Positions 19,240 through 28,600 of a stretch of DNA of 64,000 nt are shown piece by piece. The translations under genes were made by a program, and so were the position numbers. Source of the DNA: Longimicrobiales bacterium (GTDB lineage Bacteria > Gemmatimonadota > Gemmatimonadetes > Longimicrobiales > Gaopeijiaceae); the NCBI GenBank assembly GCA_965202805.1, contig OZ241869.1, positions 1,440,001 to 1,504,000 on the forward strand. The letters run 5' to 3'. The notes beneath the pieces are model-generated. The model was not told the origin of the DNA, searched no databases, and worked only from the letters and a program-made list of their open reading frames with translations. Position 1 is the stretch's first letter, and every line of letters begins with the position of its first letter.

Positions 19240-19754
19240 TGATGGAGCGAAGCAGGATGAGTCAGGAACGAAGGCCCGAGGTCGTGCCCGCCGCCGCCGG
19301 TCCCGGCGAGGAGGTGACGGTGTCCATGGACCGGATTCCCTACGCGGCCGTCTACATCGGCTTCGGCGCGCTGGGCGGCAACCACCAGCTGCTGACCCAG
19401 GAGGAAACCGACGCCAACGGGCTGCTCTCGGCGACGGTGCGCCTGCCGGACTGGGCCACTCCCGACCTCAAGCACTTCTTCTTCCTGGCGGGCTTCGACC
19501 AGCGGCCCTTCGTGACTTCGCACGAATTCCACGTCGCGGACGAGAACGGCGTGTTCCGGGTGGAGGGCGAGATCACCGACGAAGGGCTGGCCTGTCCCTC
19601 CATGCGCAACGGCGACGATCGCCTGTACACCCTGGAGGGGAACACCGAAGGGATCGCGCCCGGCGATCGAGTGGTGCTGCAGGCGACCCTGGCCGCGGAG
19701 CCGGCGTGCGAGGGGGGCGTGGCGATCGAGGTGCGCGATGCGCGGGTTCGGTAG
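19236..19754 (+). CDS. Hypothetical protein
   Basis: Overlaps both neighbours in operon fashion; globular-looking sequence with two Cys (EGLACPS, EPACEG). Confidence 0.65.
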   Translation: MMMERSRMSQERRPEVVPAAAGPGEEVTVSMDRIPYAAVYIGFGALGGNHQLLTQEETDANGLLSATVRLPDWATPDLKHFFFLAGFDQRPFVTSHEFHVADENGVFRVEGEITDEGLACPSMRNGDDRLYTLEGNTEGIAPGDRVVLQATLAAEPACEGGVAIEVRDARVR

Positions 19755-21339
19755 AGGCGGGACGGCGATCACGCTGCTTCTCCTCTCCATCGCCTGCGAG
19801 GCACCGGCCCCTGCGCCCGGGCCGGAGGCAGCCCCCGACATCGACGTCGTCGAGCTCACCGCCGGGCAGATCCAGGCCGACTACGCCGAGGGCCGCTACA
19901 CCGCCGTTCAGCTCACGCAGGCCTCCCTGGGCCGCATCGAGCGCTTCGAGGACCTCTACAACGCGTTCATCTCCATGAACCCGGACGCGCTCGCGACCGC
20001 CGCCGTTCTGGACCGCGAGTACGCCGCCTCGGGCCCGCGCGGCCCGCTGCACGGGGTGCCGGTGGTCATCAAGGACAACATCGACTACGCGGGGCAGGTC
20101 ACCACCGCCGGCTACGACGGCTTCAGCGCAGCCGCCGGGGGCGTGGACATGATCCCCGACGACGATGCCGCGGTCGTGACCCGCCTGCGCGAGGCGGGTG
20201 CCGTCATCCTGGGAAAGACCAACCTGCCCGACTTCGCCGGACACGGCACCCGCACCGAGAGCTCGGTGGCCGGGGTCACCCTGAACGCATACGACGTCAC
20301 CCGCGTACCCGGGGGGTCGAGCGGCGGCACCGCCACGGCCGTCAACGCCAGCTTCGCCGTGCTCGGGCTGGGCACCGAGACGGGCGGGTCGATCCAGAAC
20401 CCGTCGGCGGCGCAGGCGCTGGTGGGCGTGAAGCCCACCTACGGGCTGGTGCCGCTGGAGGGCGTGGTGCCGCTGAACGGCAGCTACGCCGACGTGGTCG
20501 GGCCGATGGCCAGGACCGTGCGGGACGCCGCCGTCGCCATGGACGTGCTCGCGGGGCCCACCCCGGAGGACCTGGCCACCTACGCGGCCGCCGGCCACAT
20601 CCCGGAGGAAGGCTATGCCGCCGCCCTCGACCCTGCGGCCCTGGCGGGCGGGCGCTTCGGGCTGGTGGGCGAGGGATGGCGCGACACCTGGCTCCCGCTC
20701 GCCGAGGAAACCGAGGCGATGTACCAGGAGGCGATCGAGGCTCTCCACGCGCGCGGAGCCGAGACCGTGGAGGATCCGTTCGCGGGCACCGGCTTCGTCG
20801 AACTCTACGCGGAGCGCCCGCGCGTCCCCTCCGCCGCCTCCTACGACATGCTCAACTACTTCCGGGGACTCGGTCCCGGCGCGGCGTTCCACAGCGTCGA
20901 GGAGTGGGAGGCCCTGTCGGGCAGGTCATTCCGCGACCGCGAGGACGACGACCGTCCGCCTCCGGCACGCCCCAGCGCCACCGAGGAGGGCGACGCCTTC
21001 CAGGGCTGGCGGGCGGACATCCGCGCCCTCTTCCGAAGCGCGTTGGAGGAGCATGACCTCGACGGCCTGTTCTTTCCCCAGGCGGGCGCCCCCATCGGCG
21101 ATCTGGTGGAGGATCCGGAGCGTCCCGACTTCAATCCCAACAATCATCCCGAACTTCCCAGCAATGTCATAAATGATATTGGCCTGCCCGTAGTGACCGT
21201 GCCGTTCGGCTACTATCCGGACGGGACGCCCTTCGTGCTCGCCTTCATCGGAGATCTGTGGACGGAGGCCGAGCTGCTGGGCTACGCGTACGACCTCGAG
21301 CAGGCCACGAAGGCGCGAATCCCACCCATGCTGAGGTAG
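19738..21339 (+). CDS. Amidase-signature family lipoprotein
   Basis: GPLHGVPVVIKDN, GKTNL, PGGSSGG, GTETGGSIQ; lipobox SIAC. Confidence 0.93.
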   Translation: MRGFGRGGTAITLLLLSIACEAPAPAPGPEAAPDIDVVELTAGQIQADYAEGRYTAVQLTQASLGRIERFEDLYNAFISMNPDALATAAVLDREYAASGPRGPLHGVPVVIKDNIDYAGQVTTAGYDGFSAAAGGVDMIPDDDAAVVTRLREAGAVILGKTNLPDFAGHGTRTESSVAGVTLNAYDVTRVPGGSSGGTATAVNASFAVLGLGTETGGSIQNPSAAQALVGVKPTYGLVPLEGVVPLNGSYADVVGPMARTVRDAAVAMDVLAGPTPEDLATYAAAGHIPEEGYAAALDPAALAGGRFGLVGEGWRDTWLPLAEETEAMYQEAIEALHARGAETVEDPFAGTGFVELYAERPRVPSAASYDMLNYFRGLGPGAAFHSVEEWEALSGRSFRDREDDDRPPPARPSATEEGDAFQGWRADIRALFRSALEEHDLDGLFFPQAGAPIGDLVEDPERPDFNPNNHPELPSNVINDIGLPVVTVPFGYYPDGTPFVLAFIGDLWTEAELLGYAYDLEQATKARIPPMLR

Positions 21340-21348
21340 ATCCGGTCC

Positions 21349-23859
21349 CTAAAGGCTCGACTCCCGGATCCCTCTCTCCGAGACGAACTTGCGATACGGG
21401 GCAAACGCGGCGTCGATCATCTCGCGCGTCAGCCCATAGTCCGCGATGTGGTACCGATGGCGCTTCTCGGTGCGGCGGCGCTCGGCCTGCTTCTCCAGCC
21501 AAGCGTCCATTTCGGCGACGGCTTGCCGTTCCAGCGTCCAACCGAAGTGGTCGTAGATGCGGCCCACTACCGCCAGCGGATCCTGGACCAGGTCGTAGAA
21601 ACTGATATCCGCCCAGCGGTCTTCGAGTTCGGGATGGGCCGTACGGAAACTCACCGCACCGTCCATCATACGGCTCATGAACTCGAGCTGCTCCGCGCCA
21701 AGATCCCCGGGCGGCCGAGGCTCGCAGGAGAGGCTGCGGACCCGGTCGACCAGGCTGGTCCAGGATCCCATGAACCGGGCGGGCTCGCGGTGGGTCTGAA
21801 TGAACAGGGCGTCCGGATACGTCTTGATGAGCGCTTCCAGTTCGAAGAGATGGAAGGGCGCCTTCAGCACCCACTGCCCCCCCTCGCCGCCACCCGGTCG
21901 CTGCCGGCGCTGCCACGTATAGCTCTGCATCGCGCGCCGGTGAAAGGCGTAGCTCTCCGACATGTCCCTGCCGGCAAGCCATCGCGCGAAGTCGGGGATG
22001 TCGAACCAAACGGTTGCGCCCCAGGCCGCGAACCCCATCCTGAGGAGTCCGAGGTCCTCCTCCGGTTCGTCCACGTCGAAGGGATGCACCCCCTTGAACA
22101 TGTCGAGGATCCCCGACGCGTCCAGAAGTTCCTGCGCGAAGGCTCGCCGCGGATCATCCGCCGAGCCCGCCCGCGTGGCGTAGTCGCCGCCTGCCAGGAC
22201 CGGCTCCACATACTCGTAACCGCGCAGCGTCCAGAATCTCGGGTCGCGAGACATCAGGCGGTGCAGGAACGTCGTGCCGGTCCGGTTGACCCCCACGATG
22301 AAGACCGGCCGCTTGACGTCCTGTTCCGCGATCTCCGGGTAGCGTCGGTGCTCGGCTTCCAGGGACGCGTTGTTGCGCAACCGGCGGGTGAGATCGAAGG
22401 CGACATAGTCGTATCTCTCGGTCCGGGCCCCGGACTCCGGGGCGGCCACCGCCTGCACGAACCGCCCGAGTCCCCTGAGCTTCCAGGCAGGGAAGGCCAC
22501 GTCGAAGGGGACGTCGTATTCGCGCGCGCACGATTCGGCTCGACGCACGAGGTTGTCGTAGTCGAGGCGGCTCTCTGGTATGCGGTAGGGCCACCGCTCG
22601 CGATGGGCCCGCAACCAGTCGAGGGAGCGCCGGAGCATGGTGTACGCGCTCGGCCACTGAACCGGGTCCGGGCAGTCGGCGTTCACGGCACGGTTGCAGA
22701 CGAGACGGGACGGCGCGGTGGCGTTCCCGCCGAACCAGTAGGGCGCGCCGTGATCGATCAGGTTCCAGAATCCGTGGAGCGGTGACCGCTCTCCCCGGGC
22801 CAGACAGGCCCGCTTGAACGCCTCGTAGGGGACGGTCCTGTAGTACAGTCCGAAGTCGGCGAGCTGCATTTCGTGTCCCAGGGGCGGGTCTTCGGAGTAG
22901 TGATAGACCGTGAAGCGCCGGTCGGGATTCAGCGAGATGGCCGCCATGGTGTCGGCAACGACGTCTGCCGCCGCCTGGCTCCACTGCAGCGTGAACCCCT
23001 CCGGCATCCGTCCCACATCCACTACCGCGGCCACGGTTCGCACCGCGACATCGTCGGCGTTGCCAAAACCGGTACTCGCGACGTTCGCGTGCGGGAGACG
23101 GAACAGAGCCACGGGCACCCCGGCCCGGGTCGCGTGAAGCAGGGCCTGTTCGACCACTACCTTGGTCCACGGATACCCGAGCAGGCCGAGGGGGAAGGCG
23201 CGCTTCATGCTCGAGAGGTCCGGCTGCATCTGGTGGGTGATGCGGCTGCCCGAATACTCGTTCGCGAAGCCGCAGAAGTACTCCGGGAAAACCCCCATGG
23301 TCGACGCGAAGAAGAGGTGTTTCAGGCGCGTGGTCAGGCACAGGTCGAGCACGCCGCGGATGCTGAACACATTGGTCCTGCGCAGAGCGAGGTAGGGAGT
23401 CGCGACGGTCAGGCTTGCGGCAAGGTGGTAGACGGCGTCGATCCGCTGGCAGAGATCCGCGAACCGGGGCGGCTCCAGGCCGAAACGCGGAAGATGGATG
23501 TCCCCCACCAGCGCACGGATGCGCGGCGCGAGTTCGTCATCCGGGATCTCCGCCTCTTCCAGGGTGGCCTGGATGCGCGCCAGGGCGTGGTCGGCATCAT
23601 CCGCGCGCACGATGCAGGTTACCGTCAGGTTCGGGTTCCGCCGCAGGAGGTCCCTTAGAAGAAAGCGGCCGAGGAAGCCGGTCGCTCCAGTCAGCAGGAC
23701 CTCCCGGAAGTCCGTGGGATCGACCGGGGCGCTCGCCGGGGAACGACCGGCCGTCCGGTCGACGAATCGGCGCAGCGAATCGAGATCCTGCCTGCATTGT
23801 GGCGGCAGGGTCCCCGTGAGCGGCGGGACCCCCCGGCGCAGAGTGTCCGATTCAGGCAT
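21349..23859 (-). CDS. swfB: Thioester reductase (R) - sulfotransferase fusion, copy 1
   Basis: VLLTGATGFLG and GYPWTK (YxxxK) in the R domain; PAPS-binding IVGVNRTGTT, WVLKAPFH and FIQTHREP in the sulfotransferase domain. Confidence 0.88.
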   Translation of the reverse strand: MPESDTLRRGVPPLTGTLPPQCRQDLDSLRRFVDRTAGRSPASAPVDPTDFREVLLTGATGFLGRFLLRDLLRRNPNLTVTCIVRADDADHALARIQATLEEAEIPDDELAPRIRALVGDIHLPRFGLEPPRFADLCQRIDAVYHLAASLTVATPYLALRRTNVFSIRGVLDLCLTTRLKHLFFASTMGVFPEYFCGFANEYSGSRITHQMQPDLSSMKRAFPLGLLGYPWTKVVVEQALLHATRAGVPVALFRLPHANVASTGFGNADDVAVRTVAAVVDVGRMPEGFTLQWSQAAADVVADTMAAISLNPDRRFTVYHYSEDPPLGHEMQLADFGLYYRTVPYEAFKRACLARGERSPLHGFWNLIDHGAPYWFGGNATAPSRLVCNRAVNADCPDPVQWPSAYTMLRRSLDWLRAHRERWPYRIPESRLDYDNLVRRAESCAREYDVPFDVAFPAWKLRGLGRFVQAVAAPESGARTERYDYVAFDLTRRLRNNASLEAEHRRYPEIAEQDVKRPVFIVGVNRTGTTFLHRLMSRDPRFWTLRGYEYVEPVLAGGDYATRAGSADDPRRAFAQELLDASGILDMFKGVHPFDVDEPEEDLGLLRMGFAAWGATVWFDIPDFARWLAGRDMSESYAFHRRAMQSYTWQRRQRPGGGEGGQWVLKAPFHLFELEALIKTYPDALFIQTHREPARFMGSWTSLVDRVRSLSCEPRPPGDLGAEQLEFMSRMMDGAVSFRTAHPELEDRWADISFYDLVQDPLAVVGRIYDHFGWTLERQAVAEMDAWLEKQAERRRTEKRHRYHIADYGLTREMIDAAFAPYRKFVSERGIRESSL

Positions 23860-25645
23860 GTGCTGCTTCGCCGCGGTCCGGGGTATCGCCGACGACCGGC
23901 AGGTATCCGCCGTTCACTCGGGCCGGGACCCCGGGATCCAGCGCGAGCCGGAAGGCCGCGAGGGCCTCGGAGATGCCGTCTCCGGCGTAACGGAATTCCT
24001 CCGGGATGGCCTGCTTCCGGGCGTTGGCCCGGTTGAGCGCCGCCTGCCTGAGCCTGTCCTCAACACCCGGTGTCGGAGCCGGCTCCGGCGGGTCATCGTG
24101 GATCGTCGCCAATTCCGAATGCAAGTACTCCTTGAATTCACGGATGACGGTCTGCTGGCGGGTGAACTTCTCGCAGTGATGACCGGTCGCGGCCAGTCTA
24201 ATCGCCAGGGGCATCATGCGCGGATGGTCCCTGGAGACCTTCACGATGTACCGCGAGAATGCCGGGAGCTGTTCCCTGGTGAGGCGTCGCCGGATTCCCA
24301 TGATCCCCGCATAGAGCGCGTGCCGGCTTACCGGCTTGTTGATGTGCGGCACCGGGTTGAGGTGTTCCAGCAGGGTCAGGCAACGCTCAAAGTAGTTCTC
24401 CAGCGTGGAGTCGTAGATCGTCCCGATGACGCGCAGATACCCTTCCACCAACGTCGCGGGATCCATCTGCGGCTTGAAGTTCAGGGAGGTGGCGTTGATC
24501 TCGATGGGCTTGTCCAGCAGTCGGCCCTCGCGCTTCAGACGCTCCCACAGGTTGGTGTCCTTGAGCGCAGTGAGCAGGCCGACCAGCGCGATCGGGATCC
24601 CGGTCTGCTGAATGAACTCGATCTGGGCATCGAACGCGCTCTCGTCATCCTCGTCAAGGCCCAGGATGAAGCCGCCCTGCACCTGCATCCCCTTCTGCTG
24701 GATCCTGCGCACGGCGGTGAACAGGTAGTTGTCGTCGCGCATGCTGAGGTTCTGAGGCTTCTTCATCTTCTTGAGCGCCTTCGGATTGGGCGTCTCGATA
24801 CCCAGGAAGACGGTGTCGAAGCCGGCCTCGATCATGACATCCATCAGGTCGTTCATGCGCACCAGGTTCACGCTGGCCTCGGTGGACAGCATAAACGGAT
24901 ACCCGCGCTCCTTCTGCCACTCGGCGATCGGCGGAAGGAGACGCGTCACCTCGCGCTTGTTGCCTATGAAGTTGTCGTCGACCAGAAAGAGAGGGCCGCG
25001 CCACCCCAGTTCGTAGAGATGATCGAACTCGGCCACCATCTGCTCGGGTGTCTTCGTGCGCGACACGCGGCCGTACAGCTTGGTGATGTCGCAGAACTCG
25101 CAGTCGAAGGGGCATCCCCGCGAGAACTGCAGGCACATGGAGTAGTAGTCGCTCATTTCGATGAGGTCGAAGCGCGGAAGCGGAGTGATGGTCACGTCCG
25201 GCTTCCTCGGCGCGCGGTAGACCCGCTTCGCGGTGCCTTTCTCGAGGTCGTGCAGGAAGTCGGCGAACGTCTCCTCGACCTCGTCGAGGACGAAGTGGTC
25301 GATTCCCTCCATCTCGTGGTGGAAGGTGGTAGGGTGGGGTCCGCCGGCGATCACGGGAATCCCCGCCCGGTTGCAGCGCTCCACAGCCTGCTCGAGTGAC
25401 GGGCGCTGGACGATCATGGTCGACGTGAAGACAAGATCCGCCCACTCCAGGTCACGGTCCTCGAGCGAAGTGACGTTGAGGTCGACCACGCGGAGGTTGT
25501 AACGGGACGGGAACATGGCGGCGACGGTGAGCAGGCCGAGGGGAGGAAAGGCGGCCCTGATGCCCAGGAGGTCCAGCGCGAAGTTGTTGCCCCAGTAGGT
25601 GGGAGGGTGCTTCGGGTAGAGAAGGAGGGCATTGGCCATGGTCAT
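23852..25645 (-). CDS. swfC: B12-binding radical SAM enzyme (HpnP/DUF4070-like, probable methyltransferase), copy 1
   Basis: N-terminal PPLGLLTVA and GGPHPT; CxxxCxxC in RGCPFDCEFC; VDDNFIGN; ATGA overlap with the PKS stop. Confidence 0.88.
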   Translation of the reverse strand: MTMANALLLYPKHPPTYWGNNFALDLLGIRAAFPPLGLLTVAAMFPSRYNLRVVDLNVTSLEDRDLEWADLVFTSTMIVQRPSLEQAVERCNRAGIPVIAGGPHPTTFHHEMEGIDHFVLDEVEETFADFLHDLEKGTAKRVYRAPRKPDVTITPLPRFDLIEMSDYYSMCLQFSRGCPFDCEFCDITKLYGRVSRTKTPEQMVAEFDHLYELGWRGPLFLVDDNFIGNKREVTRLLPPIAEWQKERGYPFMLSTEASVNLVRMNDLMDVMIEAGFDTVFLGIETPNPKALKKMKKPQNLSMRDDNYLFTAVRRIQQKGMQVQGGFILGLDEDDESAFDAQIEFIQQTGIPIALVGLLTALKDTNLWERLKREGRLLDKPIEINATSLNFKPQMDPATLVEGYLRVIGTIYDSTLENYFERCLTLLEHLNPVPHINKPVSRHALYAGIMGIRRRLTREQLPAFSRYIVKVSRDHPRMMPLAIRLAATGHHCEKFTRQQTVIREFKEYLHSELATIHDDPPEPAPTPGVEDRLRQAALNRANARKQAIPEEFRYAGDGISEALAAFRLALDPGVPARVNGGYLPVVGDTPDRGEAAHA

Positions 25646-28600
25646 GTCCTCCCTTGGAGGGCCGGAACGGGCAGCGGATCGGAACCGTTGCCACCAGACT
25701 CCGGCGAGGTCGAGCGGGAAGCGGTGAAATGGTCTTCGGGCGCATTCGCGAAGACGGACGGCACGCGCTGCGCCCGAGGGCGGGATGCCGCGGATGCCTG
25801 TTCGGATCCCTGGCTATCCGTCTCCGCATGGTCCTCGTCTGCGCGATCGTTTCCGGAGATGATGCCCTCTGCCAGCGAAAGTGAAGAGGCCGTGGTCATC
25901 AGTTCGAGGGCGCTGACGCGGTAGCCGAACTCTGCCTGGATGAATGTCCCGAGCTCGGCGACGGAGATGGAGGTGAGACCGAAGCTCGAGAGCGGTTCGT
26001 CCACTTCGCCATCCTCGTGGCCGCAAAGCTCGGCAACCTTCCCGGCGATCCGGTCCACGACGCCTTCGAGGGTCAGCTCTCCCTCCGAGCCCGCTTCGAA
26101 AGCGTCGTGATTGTGCATGAGCCGCCCGATCCGCATGTAGTCCGGAAAGTCGACCGTCCACGAGGGACGTTCGAACAGGCAGGTGACCAGATGCGGCCTG
26201 TCGCGCATTGCGCGGAGTGCGTAGTCCAGGTTGGCGATGGCCAGGTCGCTTGAAACCGGCGGAAGGCCGGCGGCGCGCATCATCCGAAGTACGGGAAGGC
26301 TCCGCGCAGCCATCCCGGCGTCGCCGACGGCGGGCATATTGTACGTAAGGCACGGGAGGCCCCGTCTGTGCCGAAGGGCGGCCAGACCGTCCAGGAACCC
26401 GTTGGCCGCGCTGTAGTTGATCTGCCCCGGATTGCCCAGCATCGAAGCGGTGGACGAGAACAGAACGAAATGGTCGAGGTCGAGGCCCGCGGTGGCCCTG
26501 TGGAGGTGCAGGGCACCCGCAGCCTTGGGCGCAAATACCCTCACAAGGGACTCGATGGACATGTCGTCGAGCAACCGGTCGTCGAGCGCGCCCGCGAGGT
26601 GGAACACACCCTTGAGCGGCCGCCGGATTCCCTCGATGCAGCGCTGGACATCCTCCTCCACCGCCACATCACCCTGGACAATGTCGAACTCGGCCGTGGC
26701 ATCCATGTAGACCAGCGCGCTCGAACGCCGGACCCACTCCGCATCGCGTCGACGCTGGGGGTCGCGGTCGAGGAGGGTGAGATGCCTCGCCCCCGCCGCC
26801 ACAAGGTACGGAATCAACCGGAGGCCGAAGCCTCCCAGCCCCCCCGTGACGAGATAGGTCGCATCCGGATCGAACAGGGGCCGCACGTCCGCGACCGCGT
26901 ATCCGGCAGCCACGGAAGTCCGCGGAGCCTCCAGGACCAGCTTTCCCTGATGCCGGCCGGTCGTCATCAGGCGAAGAGCCTTGGCGTAGTCCTCGTACGG
27001 GAAGACCGTAATCGGCAGCGGCGGCAGGGCACCCCGGCCAAGCAGGTCCATACAGGTTTCGGAGAGCTCGCGGGTGAGGTGCGGATCGTCGATCATCAGG
27101 CGATCGACGTCGATGGCGGCGAAGCGCAGGTTCTTGCGGAAGATGCGCAACCCCAGATCGTTGTCGGCATAGATGTCGATCTTGCCGATTTCGCAGTGCC
27201 ATCCTCCCGGACGAAGAGCCTTCAGGCAGAGTTCGATGTGGCGGCCGGCCAGCGAGTTCAATACCACATCCACCCCTTGGCCCGCCGTAGCCGCCATGAG
27301 GTCGTCATACCAGTCGTGGCTGTGCGAATCGAAGGCTCCGCTTGCGCCCATCGCTTTCAGCCGTTTGCGCTTGGCATCGCTGCCAGCGGTCGTGTAGATC
27401 TCAGCGCCCACGTGTTTTGCGAGGGCGATCGCCGCCTGCCCGACACCGCCCATGGCAGAGTGAATGAGAACGCGCTGGCCCTTGCGCAGTCGAGCCAGGT
27501 GAATGAGGGAATAGTAGGCCGTCACGTAGACCGAGAGGGTGGACGCAGCCTGCTCCATGCTCAGGCTGTCGGGTTTGGTGAAGACCAGGTATTCCGGAAC
27601 GACCACCCGGTTGGCGATGCATCCGCCGGCGATGAACGCCACCCGGTCGCCGACGCGACAGTTCCGCACCTCCGATCCGACTCGGCGGACGATCCCGCTG
27701 CCCTCCATGCCCACGGCGTGCCCGAGCGCCGAACGCTCGTAGGCCAGGGCAGGCAGCAGTCCCAGCGTGACCATGACGTCACGGAAGTTGAGGGCCGCCG
27801 CCCCGACATCGATCTCCACATCGGCGGCCCCCACGGCGGGAAGCGGGTACGTCTTCATCTCGAGGCCGGCGATCTGCCCCGGGTTGTCCAGCGTCAGGCG
27901 GTACGGGGCGTCTTCGCCTTCCCGCAGCCGCGAATAGCGCTCCCGAATGCTGACCATCCGCGGTGCCCAAAGGCGGTTCTTCCGCACGGCGAGTTCGCGC
28001 TCGCGCAGGTCGCATCCGGCAAGCCGAGCCAGCGCCCGCAGATCGCCGGATTCACCGAGGTCCACCAGCCGGAAGTCGATCATCGCCTCGTCGCCGATCT
28101 CCATCGCCATGCTGCGCACCGCTCCCCAGAGAGCGCTCCCCCTCGGGTCTTCCGCGTCCAGCACCGTGCGGCGGGTCACAACGGTAAGGCGGCAGAGGTC
28201 CGTCGACTGCTCCAGCCGGGCGGGCACCAGCGCCTGGACGAAGCCGATGAAATGCGCTGCGGCCCTCTCTCCCGTCGGATCGTCCGGGTCCGTGCCGCAG
28301 AAATAATCGATGGCCCGGAGGTCGACCGCCTGCGCCCAATCCTCGTAGGAGTCGTATCTCCCGCTGACAACCACTTCATGGGCAACACGTCGCACCTCGT
28401 CGGGCGCACCCAGCAGGGACATCCAGTCCGAGGCCCAGCTCCCCGGATCGCCGAGCACCCAGCGCGGCCGCGGGAGCGAGTCGCCGACGCTCTCCCCGGC
28501 GTAGCTGGCCGGCGCTTGCAGCAGGGTCGCAAACCGGCCGGCGCGGATCGTGGTCCAGCCGCCGCCGGGCTCGACGACATCGTCCTCGTCGTGGCACACC

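Noticed and set aside
23852..25645. Calling the radical SAM enzyme hpnP (hopanoid C-2 methylase)
   Set aside because: Same family, but it is coupled to the PKS and no hopanoid genes are nearby.
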